Source: Callorhinchus milii (lineage: Eukaryota). Taken from it: a stretch of DNA of 44,627 nt. A model generated the notes under the pieces. The model had not been told where the DNA came from, made no database searches, and worked only from the letters and a program-made list of their open reading frames with translations. This document shows positions 1 through 13,900 of this stretch, piece by piece; position 1 is the first letter of the stretch, and every line of letters begins with the position of its first letter. The translations under genes were made by a program, and so were the position numbers. The stretch spans positions 1-44,627 of the forward strand of contig NW_024705438.1 in the NCBI RefSeq assembly GCF_018977255.1, in the 5' to 3' direction.

Positions 1-206
1 ATATTCTCCAAACCTCCTCATTTACTAGTTTGCTATCTGTTTGTCTTAAATTGATGCTTTAAGAACTAAACCTCGACCAGTGGAACTTTTATAGCAGGTA
101 AAGATTGAGTTTCTGTGGAAATCTCCAAGGGAACAGGGCGAGGCTATGATTTACTGCCAGACATTAGCTGCTGGACTCTGACCAGAGTGTGTTATTACCT
201 GTACAG

Positions 207-287
207 CCCTGAACACTGAAGTACATCACTGAGAGGCTCGGGAACCAGTGACAGGAACCGCAGCTCAGTCAGTGGGGAGACAAGACG
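207..287 (+). other. Putative upstream (5'UTR) exon, copy 1 (81 nt, stops in all frames)
   Basis: ttacctgtacag|CCC ... AGACG|gtgagt. Confidence 0.5.
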
Positions 288-359
288 GTGAGTCTCTCAT
301 TAGCTCTGATTGTGGCTGAAAAAAAACAGTAAAGTTACACCAGGTTTTAAGCACTTGGA

Positions 360-1080
360 ATGAGAGGATAGAAGAAATAGAGTGCGAGAATTGAGAGGGA
401 GAGGTTGGAGGGAAGAATGGTTGACAGAATAGGGAGAGGATAGAGAGAGAGAGAGAGAGTGTAGATGAGTGAAAGAAACAGAGACAGGAAGAGAGGGGGG
501 GGGGAGTGAGTGAGTGAGTGTGAGTGAGTGATCGATAGTGTGAGAAGGAGAGTGTGTGTGTGTTAGAGGGGGAGATAGAGTGTGGTAGAGAGATGATGGG
601 GTGAGAGAAAGAAACAGAGACCGGGAGGGAATAAGCAAAGCGGTGAGAGATTGGCAGTGAGTGACTGTACGACAGAGGCGAAGAGATAGCTATTGAGTGA
701 GAGAGTGTGTGTGAGAATGTGAGTGAAATGTGAGGGGCAAAGTGATTGACAGAAAGGAGGTCAGAGGGAGAGAGGTGGTGAGAAAGAAACAGAGATATGG
801 AGACAGAGAGTGAAAGAAAGTGAATAAGATTTTTGGAGGAGAGAGTGTTTGTGAAAGAGAGGGAGAAAAGGAAGAGTGAGTTATCGAGAGAGCGTAGACG
901 GAGAGACTGGAGAAGGGAAAGGGAGTGTGAGTGGAGGGAGGGCTGGTGTGGGAGAAGTGTGATAGAGAGAGAGGAACTGAGAGAACGAAAGAGTGTCGGT
1001 AAGACAGAGCGCGAGGGGGGAGCCGATGATTGAGAGAGCACAGAGGGAGTTTGTGTGAGAAGTAAAAAAGAAAATGAGAG
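360..1080 (+). repeat. GA-rich low-complexity tract
   Basis: Degenerate (GA)n; homologous to about 3950-4800. Confidence 0.9.
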
Positions 1081-1628
1081 GGAAACTTCATAACATTTAA
1101 CACAATAAAAAAACGAGTGTTTCCAATATATTTTTTCCTTCCTTTACTCATCAGTTTTTTTTTAAATCCCTGAATCCAATCTTTTGTGCCACACTCACGA
1201 ACAAAGAAACATGTAGATGTGCAGCACAGAAGAAGGATGGCTGTGGCTATTTTTATGAAAATCCTTTCAGTCCCATTTACGTTGCTCTTTTCCCAAACCC
1301 CTTTTTAGATAGTTGACTCCATTTAGATCGATATCTTCTGATGGTCTAAAAACCAATCTGGAATCTGCCTCAAACCTCATTCTCACCAGTGCTTTCCATA
1401 ACCCAACAACCAACTGTGTAGGAAAACAAATTCTCCAAACGTCCCCATTTGCCAGTTTGCTAACTCTCTGAAATTGATGCTTTAGGGATTGAACTCTGAC
1501 CAGAAGGACTTTTATATCAGGTAATCTTGAGTTTCTGTGGAAATCTCCAAGGGAACAGGGCTTGGCTATGATTTACTGCCAGACATTAGCTGTTGGACTC
1601 TGATCAGGGTTTGTTGTTACCTGTACAG

Positions 1629-1710
1629 CCCAGAACACTGAAGCCACTTCACTGAGAGGCTCGGGAACCAAAGGCAGGAACCGCAGCTCAGTCAGCGGGG
1701 AGACAAGACG
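1629..1710 (+). other. Putative upstream exon, copy 2 (82 nt)
   Basis: ttacctgtacag|CCC ... AGACG|gtgagt; one open frame QNTEATSLRGSGTKGRNRSSVSGETR. Confidence 0.5.
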
Positions 1711-3631
1711 GTGAGTCTCTTATTAGATCTGATTGTGGCTGAAATAAAGTCATACTGCTATCCCAGGTTGTAAGCGCACAGATAGAAAAACCCATATAAA
1801 TGCAAGTTGTTTTTGTTCGTGCAACATTTATTGTAATTAAAGAAACCAGGAGTAACTGAATGAGCAAGAGTTAAAATATCATTTGTTTCATTAACGGAAG
1901 ATCTCGCTTTACGACTGTGCTTATGGTCACCTCTTCCCTCCCTTACACTCAGTGTCCTCCACCACTACAAAATCCTCCGACACACTGTCCTGCATGAAGG
2001 CCGCTGTATCAATGCAAGTTTGTGCGGCTATTTGAATTAATCATCGTAGAACCGTTTAAGAAATCAATGGTCTCCGAAATCCATTGGGGAACTTGATTGA
2101 TCTGAACTATTGTTAACATACTAATGTGGAATTTAAGCAACAGCCAGGCGGTCGGGCCGAATCTGAGCTGTACTTTCTATGCATCTATGAATCAGCTTGT
2201 TTCATACTTGTTCATAGTTCATTCCTCTATCATTTGTGATTATCCTTGTTGTTCTCTTCTGCACTACCTTAAGGAACTGTGCTGACGCTTTTGTCAGCCA
2301 TTGCCTCAATCCTTCCACCTTGCGGTTTTGGTTGGTTGGACTCCAGCAGTTACCCCAACACACACTCTGGTTACCCCAGCCTTGACTCTTGCCATCCTAC
2401 TCCTACTTCACTTCGAATGAAGTGAGCAGGATTGTCCCTCCAGACGGATGGTGCTCATTCCGTTCCAACAATCTAACTCTGCAGTTTCCATATGTAGTTT
2501 GGGAAGTATGGAAATCTCACCTTTGTTTTGGATCATGTTCCATTTGTTAATTGTTTTCTTTGGACAGACACTTGGCTGACAAAAAAATTTCAGCTCAGAT
2601 ACCTCACTGCTGCTTTTGTGCTCCAAGCTGCAACCCTCGAGAAGGGCACTATATTGTTGCTGTTGTTGCTATTGTTTTTATTGCCTCCTCTGAAACTTTT
2701 CTTTTGTTGGGCGCAGCTTGTCCAACGATAGTTTAAGACTCATCCCTCTAATTCGCGAGATCAATCTTCTCCGAATATACAGACGATATAGAGACGATGG
2801 GATAATTCTGAATGGTTCTCACTTTCTTTGTGCTGTTGGAAATAAGACTAAATTATATTTCAGTCTACAATCTATCAGACAGAATTGCGCCATTTTCTTT
2901 CTCTTTCCCACAAGTGGAAATGAGTTTTCACAAAATGGTGCTCAAGTTGTTAACTTTCAAGGACTAACTGCCTGGTCCCAAGTCCGGAGCCCAACCCAGA
3001 GTTACATTGACGGAAAATAGCCATAAAAGTCAACATTGCACATTGGCAATGATAACGTTTCACTGACTATTGCAGAAATGAGGTTCAAAGATCAGGATCA
3101 GGAGATTAGATAGAGAGCGCAGTGGATGCTCTAAATTGGGCGGTTTGTTAAAATGAATCTAACGTAAGTTTGAATGTCACGCTGGTGTTGGTCTGATGAT
3201 GGATCGGAAAACAGATTCCTAACTACTCTTGCTCTGTAGCAGATTGCTGGAGACGAACTTTATTGGTGACAATCTCTGAAATGGAAAATGACCAGAACTC
3301 GTCACTCATCTTCTTGTTGTATTAACTTACACAACAACAAATGCTTTATGTAATCAAATTCGTGCAGCGTATAATCACAGAACACATGAGAGAATGGGTA
3401 AGAGATGTGAAACAAGATAAATTGAGAAAGAATGCGAGTATAAAGGAGATAGCGGGAGTGCGCCTGAGATATGAGAGACAGTCCTATTTACAGACATGGA
3501 GGAGAGTCTGTTAGAGAGAGAATGGGCATGAGAGAAATAAGCAGATTCAGGGAGAGAGAGCTGGAGACAGCACTGATTGAGTGAGTGAGTGAGATTGTGT
3601 GTGAAAGTGGTGGTGAGGGGCAGTGACGGAG

Positions 3632-3947
3632 AATAATAATAATATTCCTTCCATTTGATATAGCGCTTTTCACGTCTTCTTGACATCCTAAAGTGCTTCA
3701 CAGAATATGCTGTAAAGTGAATTCACTGTATGTTTATGGGCAAACGTGGCAGTCAATTGCGCACAGATGTGTCCCACAAACAGTCGTAACTTGAAAATGA
3801 CCAATTTATTATGTTTTTTTTGGAGGGATTATTATTAGGCTCTGTGTGGAGTAAGCAAACTTGCCCAAGGTTTCACCCTCTGCCTGGAATTGAACTCAGT
3901 TCTCTCGCTTGCAAAGCGAGTGCTCTAATCACTGAGCTACAGGACTC
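3632..3947 (-). mobile_element. tRNA-derived SINE with Deu-like core and L2-type 3' tail
   Basis: The minus strand begins GAGTCCTGTAGCTCAGTGATTAGAGCACTCGC (A box), has core GTGCGCAATTGACTGCCACGTTT and ends GTGAAAAGCGCTATATCAAATG...(TTA)n. Confidence 0.85.
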
Positions 3948-3949
3948 TG

Positions 3950-4800
3950 AATGATTGTGAGAGAATGAGAGAAGGGAGTGTGTGTTGGTAAGAGTGTGAG
4001 TAAGACAGGAGAGAGACAGTGGGGGGAGAGGGGTAGATAGACATGGAGTAAAGAGAGAGATAGAGTGAGTGTGGGGTGAGAGAATGAAACAGAGAAGTTT
4101 AGGGAGTGGCAGAAACAAAGAAGTAATAGAGTGGCAATGAGTGAGTGCTTGACAGTGGGGGAGACAGATTGATTGATACAGAGACTGATAGAAAAGAAAC
4201 AGAGGGTGTGACAGAGACAGAAAGCTAAGTGTGAGTGAATGATTCAGAGTGAGAGAAGAAAAGTGTGTTTAGAAGGGTGGAGAGGGGTAGAGAAAGTGGC
4301 AGAGAGAGGATGGGGTGAGAAAATGACAGAGAAATATGGAGGGAGAAAGTGGCCGGAAGCAAAGCGGTGAGAGAGTTACAGTGAGTGACCGTATGGCAGA
4401 GGAGAGAGAGATTTATTTAGAGTGAGTGTGTGTGAGAATGTAAGTGAGAAGTGAGAGGGAAAGCGATTCAAAGAAAGCGATGAGAGAGGGAGTTGAGTTG
4501 GTGAGAAAAATAAACAGAGTCATGGAGACAGAGGGAGAAAGCAGATACAGAGAGTGAACGAAAGGGACTGAGATTGTGGGAGGAGAGAGTGTTTGCGAAG
4601 GAGAGGAGGGAGACAAGGGGGAGACAGTGATCGATAGAGTGGAGATGAAGAGACTAAGAGGGGAATGAGAATCAATGGAGGGACAGGCGTGTGTGGCAGA
4701 AGGGGGATAGAGAGAGAGAGAGGAATTGAGAGAGCGAAGGAATGTCTGAGAGAGGACAGAGAGAGAGAGTGTGTGATAAGAAAAAGAGAAAATGAGAGAG
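3950..4800 (+). repeat. GA-rich low-complexity tract
   Basis: Degenerate (GA)n. Confidence 0.9.
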
Positions 4801-5353
4801 AAAATTTACAACATTTAACACAATAAAAAACTGGGCGTCACCATTATATTTTTTTTCTTCTTTTAATGATTCGTTTTTTAAAGAAAAAACACTGAATCCA
4901 ATCTTTTGTGCCACACCCACGAACAAAGAAACATCGAGTTGTACAGCACAGAGGAAGGATGGCTGTGGTGGCTGATTTTATGCCAATCCTTTCAGTCCCA
5001 TTTACATTGCTCTTTTCCCAAATCCCTTTTTAGATAGTTGACTCAATTTAGATCGGAATCTAGTGATGATCTCAAAATCAATCTGGAATCAGCCTCAAAC
5101 ATCATTCCCACCAGAGCTTTCCATAACCCAACAACCAACTGAGCAGGAAAACAAATTCTCCAAAGCTCCACATTTGCCAGTTTGCTAACTCTCTGAAATT
5201 GTTGCTTTATGGATTGAGCCTTGACCAGGAGGATTTTATATCAGGCAACCATTGAGTTTCTGTGGAAAGCTCCAAGGGAACAGGGCGAGACGATGACTTC
5301 CTCGCAGACATTAGATGCTGGACTCTGACCAGTGTGTGTTATTACCTGTACAG

Positions 5354-5435
5354 CCCAGAACACTGAAGCCATTTCACTGAGAGTCTCGGGAACCAGTGAC
5401 AGGAACCGCAGCTCAGTCAGCGGGGAGACACGAAG
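5354..5435 (+). other. Putative upstream exon, copy 3 (82 nt)
   Basis: ttacctgtacag|CCC ... CGAAG|gtgaga; open frame QNTEAISLRVSGTSDRNRSSVSGETR. Confidence 0.5.
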
Positions 5436-7836
5436 GTGAGACTCTTATTAGATCTGATTGTGGCTGAAATAAAACAGTAAAGTTGCTCCTGGTTTATGCG
5501 CTTGGAGATGCCACTTTTTGCGAACAGCGCAAGATAAATGCAACTTGTTGTGCTTTAGCAGTTAGTGAAAGTTTACTGCTATGAAAGAAACCTGGAGCCA
5601 GTGATTAACGAAGAGCTTAAATGTAATTTGTTTCATTAATTTTCTTTTATATCGATTAAACATTGTGTAAAGTAGAATTGGTGGCCAAAATGTGCCCGTG
5701 AGCTTGAGTAATCCGAAATATTCTTGATCAACGATGGGCTCTCGTGTGGAGGTCATGCTCGATCATAGCTCATTCCACTAACACTGGTCATTATCCTGGT
5801 TACTCTCCTCTGTACAGCCTTAAGGACCTGTGCAAACGCTTTTGTCAGCTAATGCCTCTATCCTTCCACGTTGCGGTTCAGCCTCGGCTCTTGCCAACCT
5901 GCTCATCATATTCTCCGGCATTAGGTAAGCAGGATGCAACCCTCCAGAGAGTGGATGTTTATTCCATTTCAACAATCTATCCCTGGGATTTCCATGTGTA
6001 GGAGGGATGCATGGAAATCTCAGCTTTGTTTGGATACTGTTAGGTTTGGTGATGTGTTTTCGAGTGTGTCAGATACTCGGCTGGTTTAAAAAAAAAATCA
6101 GCTCAGCAACCAGCCTGATGTTTAAATGCTTCGAGGTGCTGCCCACCCGAAGGGGACTATATGGTTCGTGTTGGTGTTTCCCCAGTTTATCTAACGCCAG
6201 TTTATAATTCATCCCACTAAATCACGTTTCAATCTATCTTGAATTTGGAGTTGGTGTAGAAAGCTGGATCTTTCTGCAGATTTGTCGCTAGCTTTCACCG
6301 TGTGGGAAATCATATTTAGTGCTCAATCTATTCTTCCCAACTGAATGCCGCCATTTTCTTTCACTTTCCGCACAAGTTGAAATTATTTTTGTCATGATGG
6401 CTCTTTTATTATTGACTTTAAACAGCTGAAAGAAACTCGCCCAAACTGCCTGGTCCTAAGTTCAGAGCCGAATCTACAGATATATTATCTGAAAATACCC
6501 ATAAAAGGCAACACTGCTTGTTAGAGCTGATAAAGTTTCACTAATTATTACACAAATGAGGTTCAAAGAGCAGGACCAGAAGATTAGACACAGAGCACAG
6601 TGGATGCTCTGAATTGGGCAGATTAGTGAACTAAAGCAAAGGGAAGGTTGAAGTTGGAGTTGGCAAAGTCACACTGCTCTTCATCTGATGATGGATAGGA
6701 AGCCGAGTGATTGGGGCGGGGAAGTAGCTACAACAGAAACTTGCTTTTATATAGCGACCCTCACGCAGGGGAGCTTCCCAGAATGCTTATACTTTAACCG
6801 ACTTTGCAGGACGCTGGTTGTGAAAGGGACTGTAAAGGATGCAGCTCGTTGTTTTATGGCTTGAAGGAAGAGTGCCATAAAGAGACTCATCACCATCTAC
6901 ACGTTGCAGGACACTGTGCTACATGTGATAACATGACTCAGTGCTCGCACACTCTCACCTGTGTAAGAAGGCGGTGGGTTCAACCCCAAGCCGAGGCCTT
7001 GAACTCACATTGTCCAGGATGAGTCTATAAGGCAGTTCTTGGTGTGTGTTACATTGTCAGATGAGTAAAAAGAGGTGTAATTGTTTTGCTCATTGTAATG
7101 CCTTTATGTTTTGGAGTTTTCACAACATTGATAGTTTACAATGTATCTGGGTACAACATGAAACCCGTGGTATTTATGTTGTGGAAAAAGCAGTAACAAC
7201 AACAATTTTACATTTAAACAGCACCCCTAACTTTAGGAGAAAGGGAGTGAAACAACTGGTTTGGTTGGGTGGGGAAGATGACAATGATGGGAGGGCGGAC
7301 TCTGAAACTTACTGAAAGTTCATTCAGATGGAGAGGTCTTCAGGTGGATTTACTGGTGAATTCCGAGACCGAGCGACTCCAGGATAGATTTCTAGAACTG
7401 GGATAGAGGGGATCAAAGCTCGTTCACTGATGCTTGGGAGGGTCAGGCATGTGATGTACAGCAAAACTGTACCAGAGGGAAAAAAATTCTCCTGATTTCT
7501 ACCAATCTTCCGATCTATTATATACATCACTTTCATTGGTTGCCTCTGGCAGCTGTTGACTCCCCTGCTTTGGTCTTTCCTAACTACCCTTTACAGCTTG
7601 AGCGTGTGTCACTTGTCTACGATTGTAGCACTCTGGTCTCTCAGTCAGAAGGTTGTGGTTCTGAGCCCCACAATTCATGAGGAAATTATGAGGAAATCTA
7701 AGAGCTACCGTGGACACAAACGAATATGATAGGAAACACAAGCAAAACACGGATAGTAAGCGCTTTAGCTGAAGATTTGTGCCACCACATGAACACTTGG
7801 TAACTCGTTCCATTCAATACTGATCTCTGTTACAGG

Positions 7837-7984
7837 ATGGGAGGATCCAGTTCTAAAGCAGTCCCTGTACAGAGCAGTAGAGGGCAAAGCAGCCAGGCCT
7901 CAGCTTGTCTCACTGCAGCGTCTGTGGAACGGGACAGAAATTGGCCAACAGAGGACGCTACCCGTTATGTTAACCGGCAAAAAG
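7837..7984 (+). CDS. NLR coding exon 1 (MGGSSSK... low-complexity N-terminus)
   Basis: Acceptor tctctgttacag|G ATG at 7835/7836; open frame to AAA G|gtgggt; the phase-1 donor matches the exon at 13500. Confidence 0.65.
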
Positions 7985-10900
7985 GTGGGTAAATTTATGT
8001 AACCACACCTGCTTTTCAATCCAGGTGTTGCTCTTTAACATATCGCTTTTCCTCCAGCCCCCGCACTCTCTTCGGCAGCGTTCCTCGGGGCTCTTTCCTT
8101 GGTCCTCTCCTCCAATATCTACATGCTCCCTCTTGGTGATAACATCCATAAACATAGCAACACAAGAAGTGCTGATACCAAGCTCCATCTGTTTCATCTT
8201 CGAGTCGTGTGCATATACGCCCTGAATTATCTCTTTACTATATCCCTTATTGTTATTTCCTGCGTTTGAAGGAATCAACATTTGCTGCTTCAACCTTCAC
8301 CCTAGGAAGCCTATTCCACAGGTTCACTATTCACTCACTGGAAGAGGTTTCATAGATTCGTTCTGAATTGAACCCCATTCCATCGCAGGCCCTGTCTGTC
8401 CTCTGGTATTACTATTCTGGGCAAGTTGTAAAAGCCTGCCGTGATCTATATTGTTTTGCCCCTTTTGGAGATTTAAAGATAGCAATAAGGTCGTCTCTCA
8501 ATCTTCTCTTTTCCAGCGTGAACACGCCCAATTTACTGAGTCAATGCTTATAATCCAGTTTCTCCATTCTCTCACCATTTTGAATGGCCTTCTCTGCATG
8601 CTCTCGATTTCGCCAATATCCTTTTTCTACTGCGGTGAACAGAACTGTATACAGTACTCTAAGTACAGTCTCACCAATAATTGATACAGTGGCACAATTA
8701 CCCCACGATTTAGGCTTATTGTTGATCTTTTGATACATCCCAACATCTGGTTTGCTTTACTCACTGTCACAGAGCGTTGTTGGGAGAGCCTCAATTTATT
8801 TTTGAACCACCAGATCCTTTTAATTTTTCGTATATACTATTTTGCTTCCGTTCAAATAATAGTTATTTTCTGGATATTCTGTCCCCATGTAAATTAGTTT
8901 ACATTTCTTCACATAGAATTTCACCTGGAACACAGAACATAGGTACACAGCAGACCGTTAAGCCTTCAGAGCCTGTTCCACCATATAGTTAGATCGTGGC
9001 TGATGTGTGCCTCAACTTATATTTTCAATTCCAATTTCCCGCTTTCTCCTGATATACATTAATAGACTTAATAAGGCTTACTCAATTCCAATAACCTTAC
9101 TGTTGAAGATGTTGATGAATCCAGCATCTACAGCCTTCTGTGGGAGAGAATTCCTGATTTCTACCACCCTTTGAGTGGAAAAAATGCTTCCTAATTTCAC
9201 TCCTAAATGGCCTGTTTCTAATTTTAAAGGCTCTCCTCCCTTGTTTTCGATTCCATCACCAGATGAAATAGCTTCTCTGTATCTACCCGATGGAATCACT
9301 TTATCATCGAAAATAAATCAATCAAATCACGCCTCAAGTTTCTGAACTCAAGAGAACACAATCCAAGTTTAAGCAGTCTTTCCTTGTAACTTAACGCTTT
9401 TAGGCCTGGTTGCATTCTGGTGAAACTGCGCTGTACACCCTCCAAGGCCAAAACTGAACGCACTCGCCAGATGGGTTCTGGCTGACGCTCTGTACAGCTG
9501 AGGCATCAGTTCTTCCCCTTTGTATTCCAGGCATCTTGAGATAAAGCCAACATTCCATTCGCCTTTTCGATTACTTTTTGCATCTGGGAACTAGTTTTTT
9601 TTCATTTCTGGGTATGGATACCCAAATCTCTTTGCTCCTCCATATTTCTTAATTTCTCGCCATTCAGAAAATATTCTGCTTTTCCTTTTCTCGGACCATA
9701 GTGGTTGACCTTGCAATTCCCTACATTGAACTCAGCTGCCACAAGTGTGCTCAATCACTTGATCTGTCTAATTCCCTTTGTAATTTCCTACTTCCATCTC
9801 AACAACTCACTGAGCCTCCGAGCTTAGTGTCGTCTGCCATCTCGGATATAACACTTCCTATTCCGTCTTCTGAGTCATTTATATATTATATAGGTGTATA
9901 GAACAATAACCACAAAATTACCTTCATAGAGGCCTTTAATGTCGTATATATAGTGAATAGATGTACATATGTGATGAATAGCTGTATATATGTTGCATAC
10001 ATGGTGAATACCTGATATCCCAGTGCAGACCCCTGGGAGAAATCACTTGACACATCCCACCCATCAGAAAACATCCCCTTTATGCCTACGCTCCCTCCCT
10101 CCCAACCAATTACCGAGCCACGTCACAAGGTTACCTTGAACTCCATGCGCTTCATTTTTCGGTAATAATCTTTTGTTCGGAGTCTTATAAAATACCTTCT
10201 GTAAGTCCATATAAACAACATCCGTAGACACTCAGATCCATCAGTTTAGAGATCTCCTCAACAACAACAACAACAACAAGATTCCATTTATAAAGCGCCT
10301 TTCACGTCAGGAGGACGTCCCAAGGCGCTGCACAGTTGGGTCATGAACCGAGCAGGGGGAAATGGTCAGGGTGAGGGGAGGGAAGGGAGGGAGCGAGGAG
10401 GGGGAAATGGTCAGGGTGAGGGGAGGGAAGGGAGGGAGCGAGGAGGGGGAAGAGAGTCGAGAGGGGAGCTGAAGGCACGGTCAAAGAGAAAGGTTTTGAG
10501 ACCAGCCTTCAAGGAGGAAAGGGAGGAAGCAAGGCGAAGGCACTGGGGGATAGAGTTCCAGAGCCTGGGGACTGAGAGGCTGAAGGCCCGACCACCGATG
10601 GTAGGGCGGTTGGGGCGGGGGACGTGGAGCAGACCGGAGCCAGAGGAACGGAGGGTATGGGCAGGTAGGTAGGGGGATAGTAGGTTGGAGAGGTAGGAGG
10701 GAGCGAGGCCGTGAATGGCCTTGTAGGTGAGGATGAGGATCTTGAAATCAATCCTCTGGGGGATGGGGAGCCAGTGGAGGGGAGCGAGGGTGGGAGTGAT
10801 GTGGTCGCGGTGTCTGGTGCGGGACAGTACACGAGCTGCAGAGCTCTGAATGACCTGCAGTGTGGAGGGAGGTGGCGGGAAGGCCGCGAGGAGAGAGTTC

Positions 10901-13900
10901 CCATAGTCCAGCCTTGAGGTGACAAAGGCGTGAACCAGGGTTTCAGCAGCGTGAGGGGTGAGGTAATGGCGTAGTCTGGCGATATTCCGGAGGTGATGGA
11001 AGGTGGTGCCAGTTGTGGTGCGGATGTGAGGGAGAAAGGACAGCTCAGGGTCGAACAAAACGCCGAGGTTCCTGACTGGCTTTGAGAGGTGGAGGGTGCA
11101 GCCTTGGATGCTGATGGTGTCAGCGCCTGAGGTGCGGAGGCGCTGACGTGAGCCAATCAGGAGGGCCTCGGTTTTTCGCACGTTGAGCTGAAGAAAGTTG
11201 TCTCTCATCCAGGACTCGATGTCGGACAGGCAGCTGTCAGGACATTGGTGGTCGTGGAGTTGAGGGTAGAGGAGGAAAGGTAGAGTTGGGTTCAAGAAAT
11301 TCGACGAGATTAGTCAGAGACGACTTTCCTGTCACAAACCCACGGTGACTTTCTTTGACTAGCTCATAGCTCTCCAAGTGTTCAGACAATCTGACCCTGC
11401 TGATGGATTCCAGGATTTTTCCTAAAACTGACGTTGAGCTGACAGGTCATGTAGCTTACTGATTTCTCCCTCGCTCCCTTCTTAAATAAAGAGGTGACAT
11501 TAACAGTGTTCCAATCTAAGGGCACAATTCTTGAATCTAGTGATTTTTGGAAAATTATGACGAATGCAGCTGCAATTTCCTCTTCTAGTCACTTTAAAAT
11601 CTTCGGTGGAAATTATCATTCCTTGGAGATTTGTCTATCTTGCGACTCGACTCATTGCTTTCTCCATTACCATTTTTATTTATATTAATTTTATAAAGCA
11701 GTTGACTTTGACTTATGTTTCGGTTGTCCTGTATGGCTGCGAATTTGTCCTCATCTTCATTTATGAAGCGAAGTATTTACTTAACAAGCCATTTCATTAT
11801 TTTCCATTAGAGTCTCATGAACATCTATCATTATCGGGCCCACACTAAACTTGACCACTCACTCTCTTTCTCTTAATTATAGCTATGAAAGCTTTTACTA
11901 TTAGTTTTAATATCCGTTGCTAGTTTATTTTTATATTCCCTCGTTGCTCCTATTATTATTAGTTCCCTTCAATCACTTTTGTTGCCTTTTGTGGTTCTCC
12001 CAATCATCTGCATTCCCACTTTTTCCTGCATTTGAGTAAGCCGTTTCTTTTAGCTTGATACAGTCTCTTACCTCTTTTGCGCCCCATGTTGCTCAACTGC
12101 ATGATTTGAGCTTTTTCATGATAGGGCAAGGTACTTGTTCTCTACTCTATCAAATACTTTTTGAATACTTCTCATTGTTTGTCTGTAGGTGTCCCCACTA
12201 ACATTTCAGCCCGGTTTACTGTGGTCAATTTAGTTCTCATTCCATTGCGGTTGATCACGGAATCATAGAATTATAAAGCACAGAAGGAGGCCATTCGGCC
12301 CATCCTGTCTGTGTCTCCTTGAAAACAGCTTTTCCAAATTAATCCCATTCCCACACTCTCTCCCCAAAGCCCTGACAAAGTCAATGTCCGCTCTCTCTCT
12401 CCCCATAACCAATCGCCCTGACTGATATTTTCTTTCCACTGCTGTTACAGGGTATTTTGTCAATAATGCTACTCCTCCTCCTTTCCCGATATCCCTGTCT
12501 TCTATAGATATTATAGCCTGGAATATTTAGCTCCAAGTCCTGCCCAGCATTGAAAAAGATGGCTAATACAACATAGCCTTCAAGCTAATTTTGTGCTTGT
12601 AATTCACTTATTTTATTTCTTATGCCACGTGCATTTGTGGAAATAACTCTTAATTGGGTAACTGTCCCCGATATGCCCAAATGCCCTCATGATGTTCCTC
12701 TCACCCTGTTTGACGTGTTACACATTTTTGACATAACATCCGATTAGCTTGTTTCATCCTGTAGTATTTATGTCTTTATCACTGTATGTATTATGACTTT
12801 TGCTCTCATCATCTCGTTGCTTTATGTTTTGGTTATTGTTCCCCACACAGTTTCCTCTACCCACCCACCCCTTCACTGGTTTAAAGCTTTTTCGACCGTC
12901 CTACTTATCCTTCTCGATGGAACCTTGGTTGCAGCTCAGTTCAGGTGCAGCCCATCCCAGCAGAATAGTTCATTGTACTGCAGCCAGTGTCCCACCAAAT
13001 GGAACCCCTGCTCCTCACACCACACATTCATTTCCCTGATAGGTTGATCTCTGCCGATTAGCACGTGGCTCGGGTGGCAATCCGGAGATCGGTCTGTATA
13101 TGTAGTTTAACCCCAGCTCTTGATACTCCCTTAGCAGGACAACCTTCTTCCTCTTTCCAACTTCATTGGTTCCCGCGTGAATAACGACAACTGGTTTTGT
13201 CCTCTCCCTTTCTAATTTCCTATCCAGCTGCACTGAAATATCCCTTACCCTGACACCGGGAAGACAACACTTTCTTGGGTTCTTGATCTCGACAGCAGAG
13301 GATCCCCTCAATCCCCTTAATTATTGAATGCCCTATGACTACAATGTTCCTATTCTATCCTACCCCAAGTGCCCTGTCTCCTGCTCTATGGTACTTTGTA
13401 TTGCACTCAGGCTTTCTTCCCCACAGACTTCTCTCATCCAATGCAGTAATTATCTCCACTGCTCCTGATTTCCTTCACCTGTGCCTTATATATTGTCAGA
13501 TGACGACAAAACTGCAATCAGAACAATTCTGAAAAGTTACAGCGACTCTGAGCTGCACATGGTGACCGTGTTCTACAGACAGAGACTTGAAGTGATGGAT
13601 GATCTGGTGGAGGACTTGATATTGGTGATGGAGAAACTACTGAGAGGCAGAGAGTTTGCGGTAGGTTGAGCAACATTGAAATTAACTTGTGTACCTGGTG
13701 AAAGTTCAGGGTGCACAGCCCGGTCTCACATGTTACATTGTTCAGAGGAACTGATTCCAATCTTTCATTCAAGTGACCTCAATAAACATTTCGCCAGACC
13801 AGGAGCGAGAATGTAATACAACCATCAATTTCTAATTGTACAATTAGGTTCATCTGCTGACAATATACTCAATTAAATTAAAATGTATACATTCTATAAT

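Larger units (their letters stand above)
1..6710 (+). repeat. Tandem segmental triplication (1-360 ~ 1428-1790 ~ 5153-5510; 520-1790 ~ 4230-5510; 2250-3210 ~ 5790-6710)
   Basis: Colinear shared strings, e.g. gagtttctgtggaaa.ctccaagggaacaggg, ctgaatccaatcttttgtgccacac, aaatgaggttcaaaga.cagga. Confidence 0.9.

Noticed and set aside
10411..11295. 294-aa ORF as a host gene
   Set aside because: It is the 5'-truncated RT C-terminus of an L2 retrotransposon.
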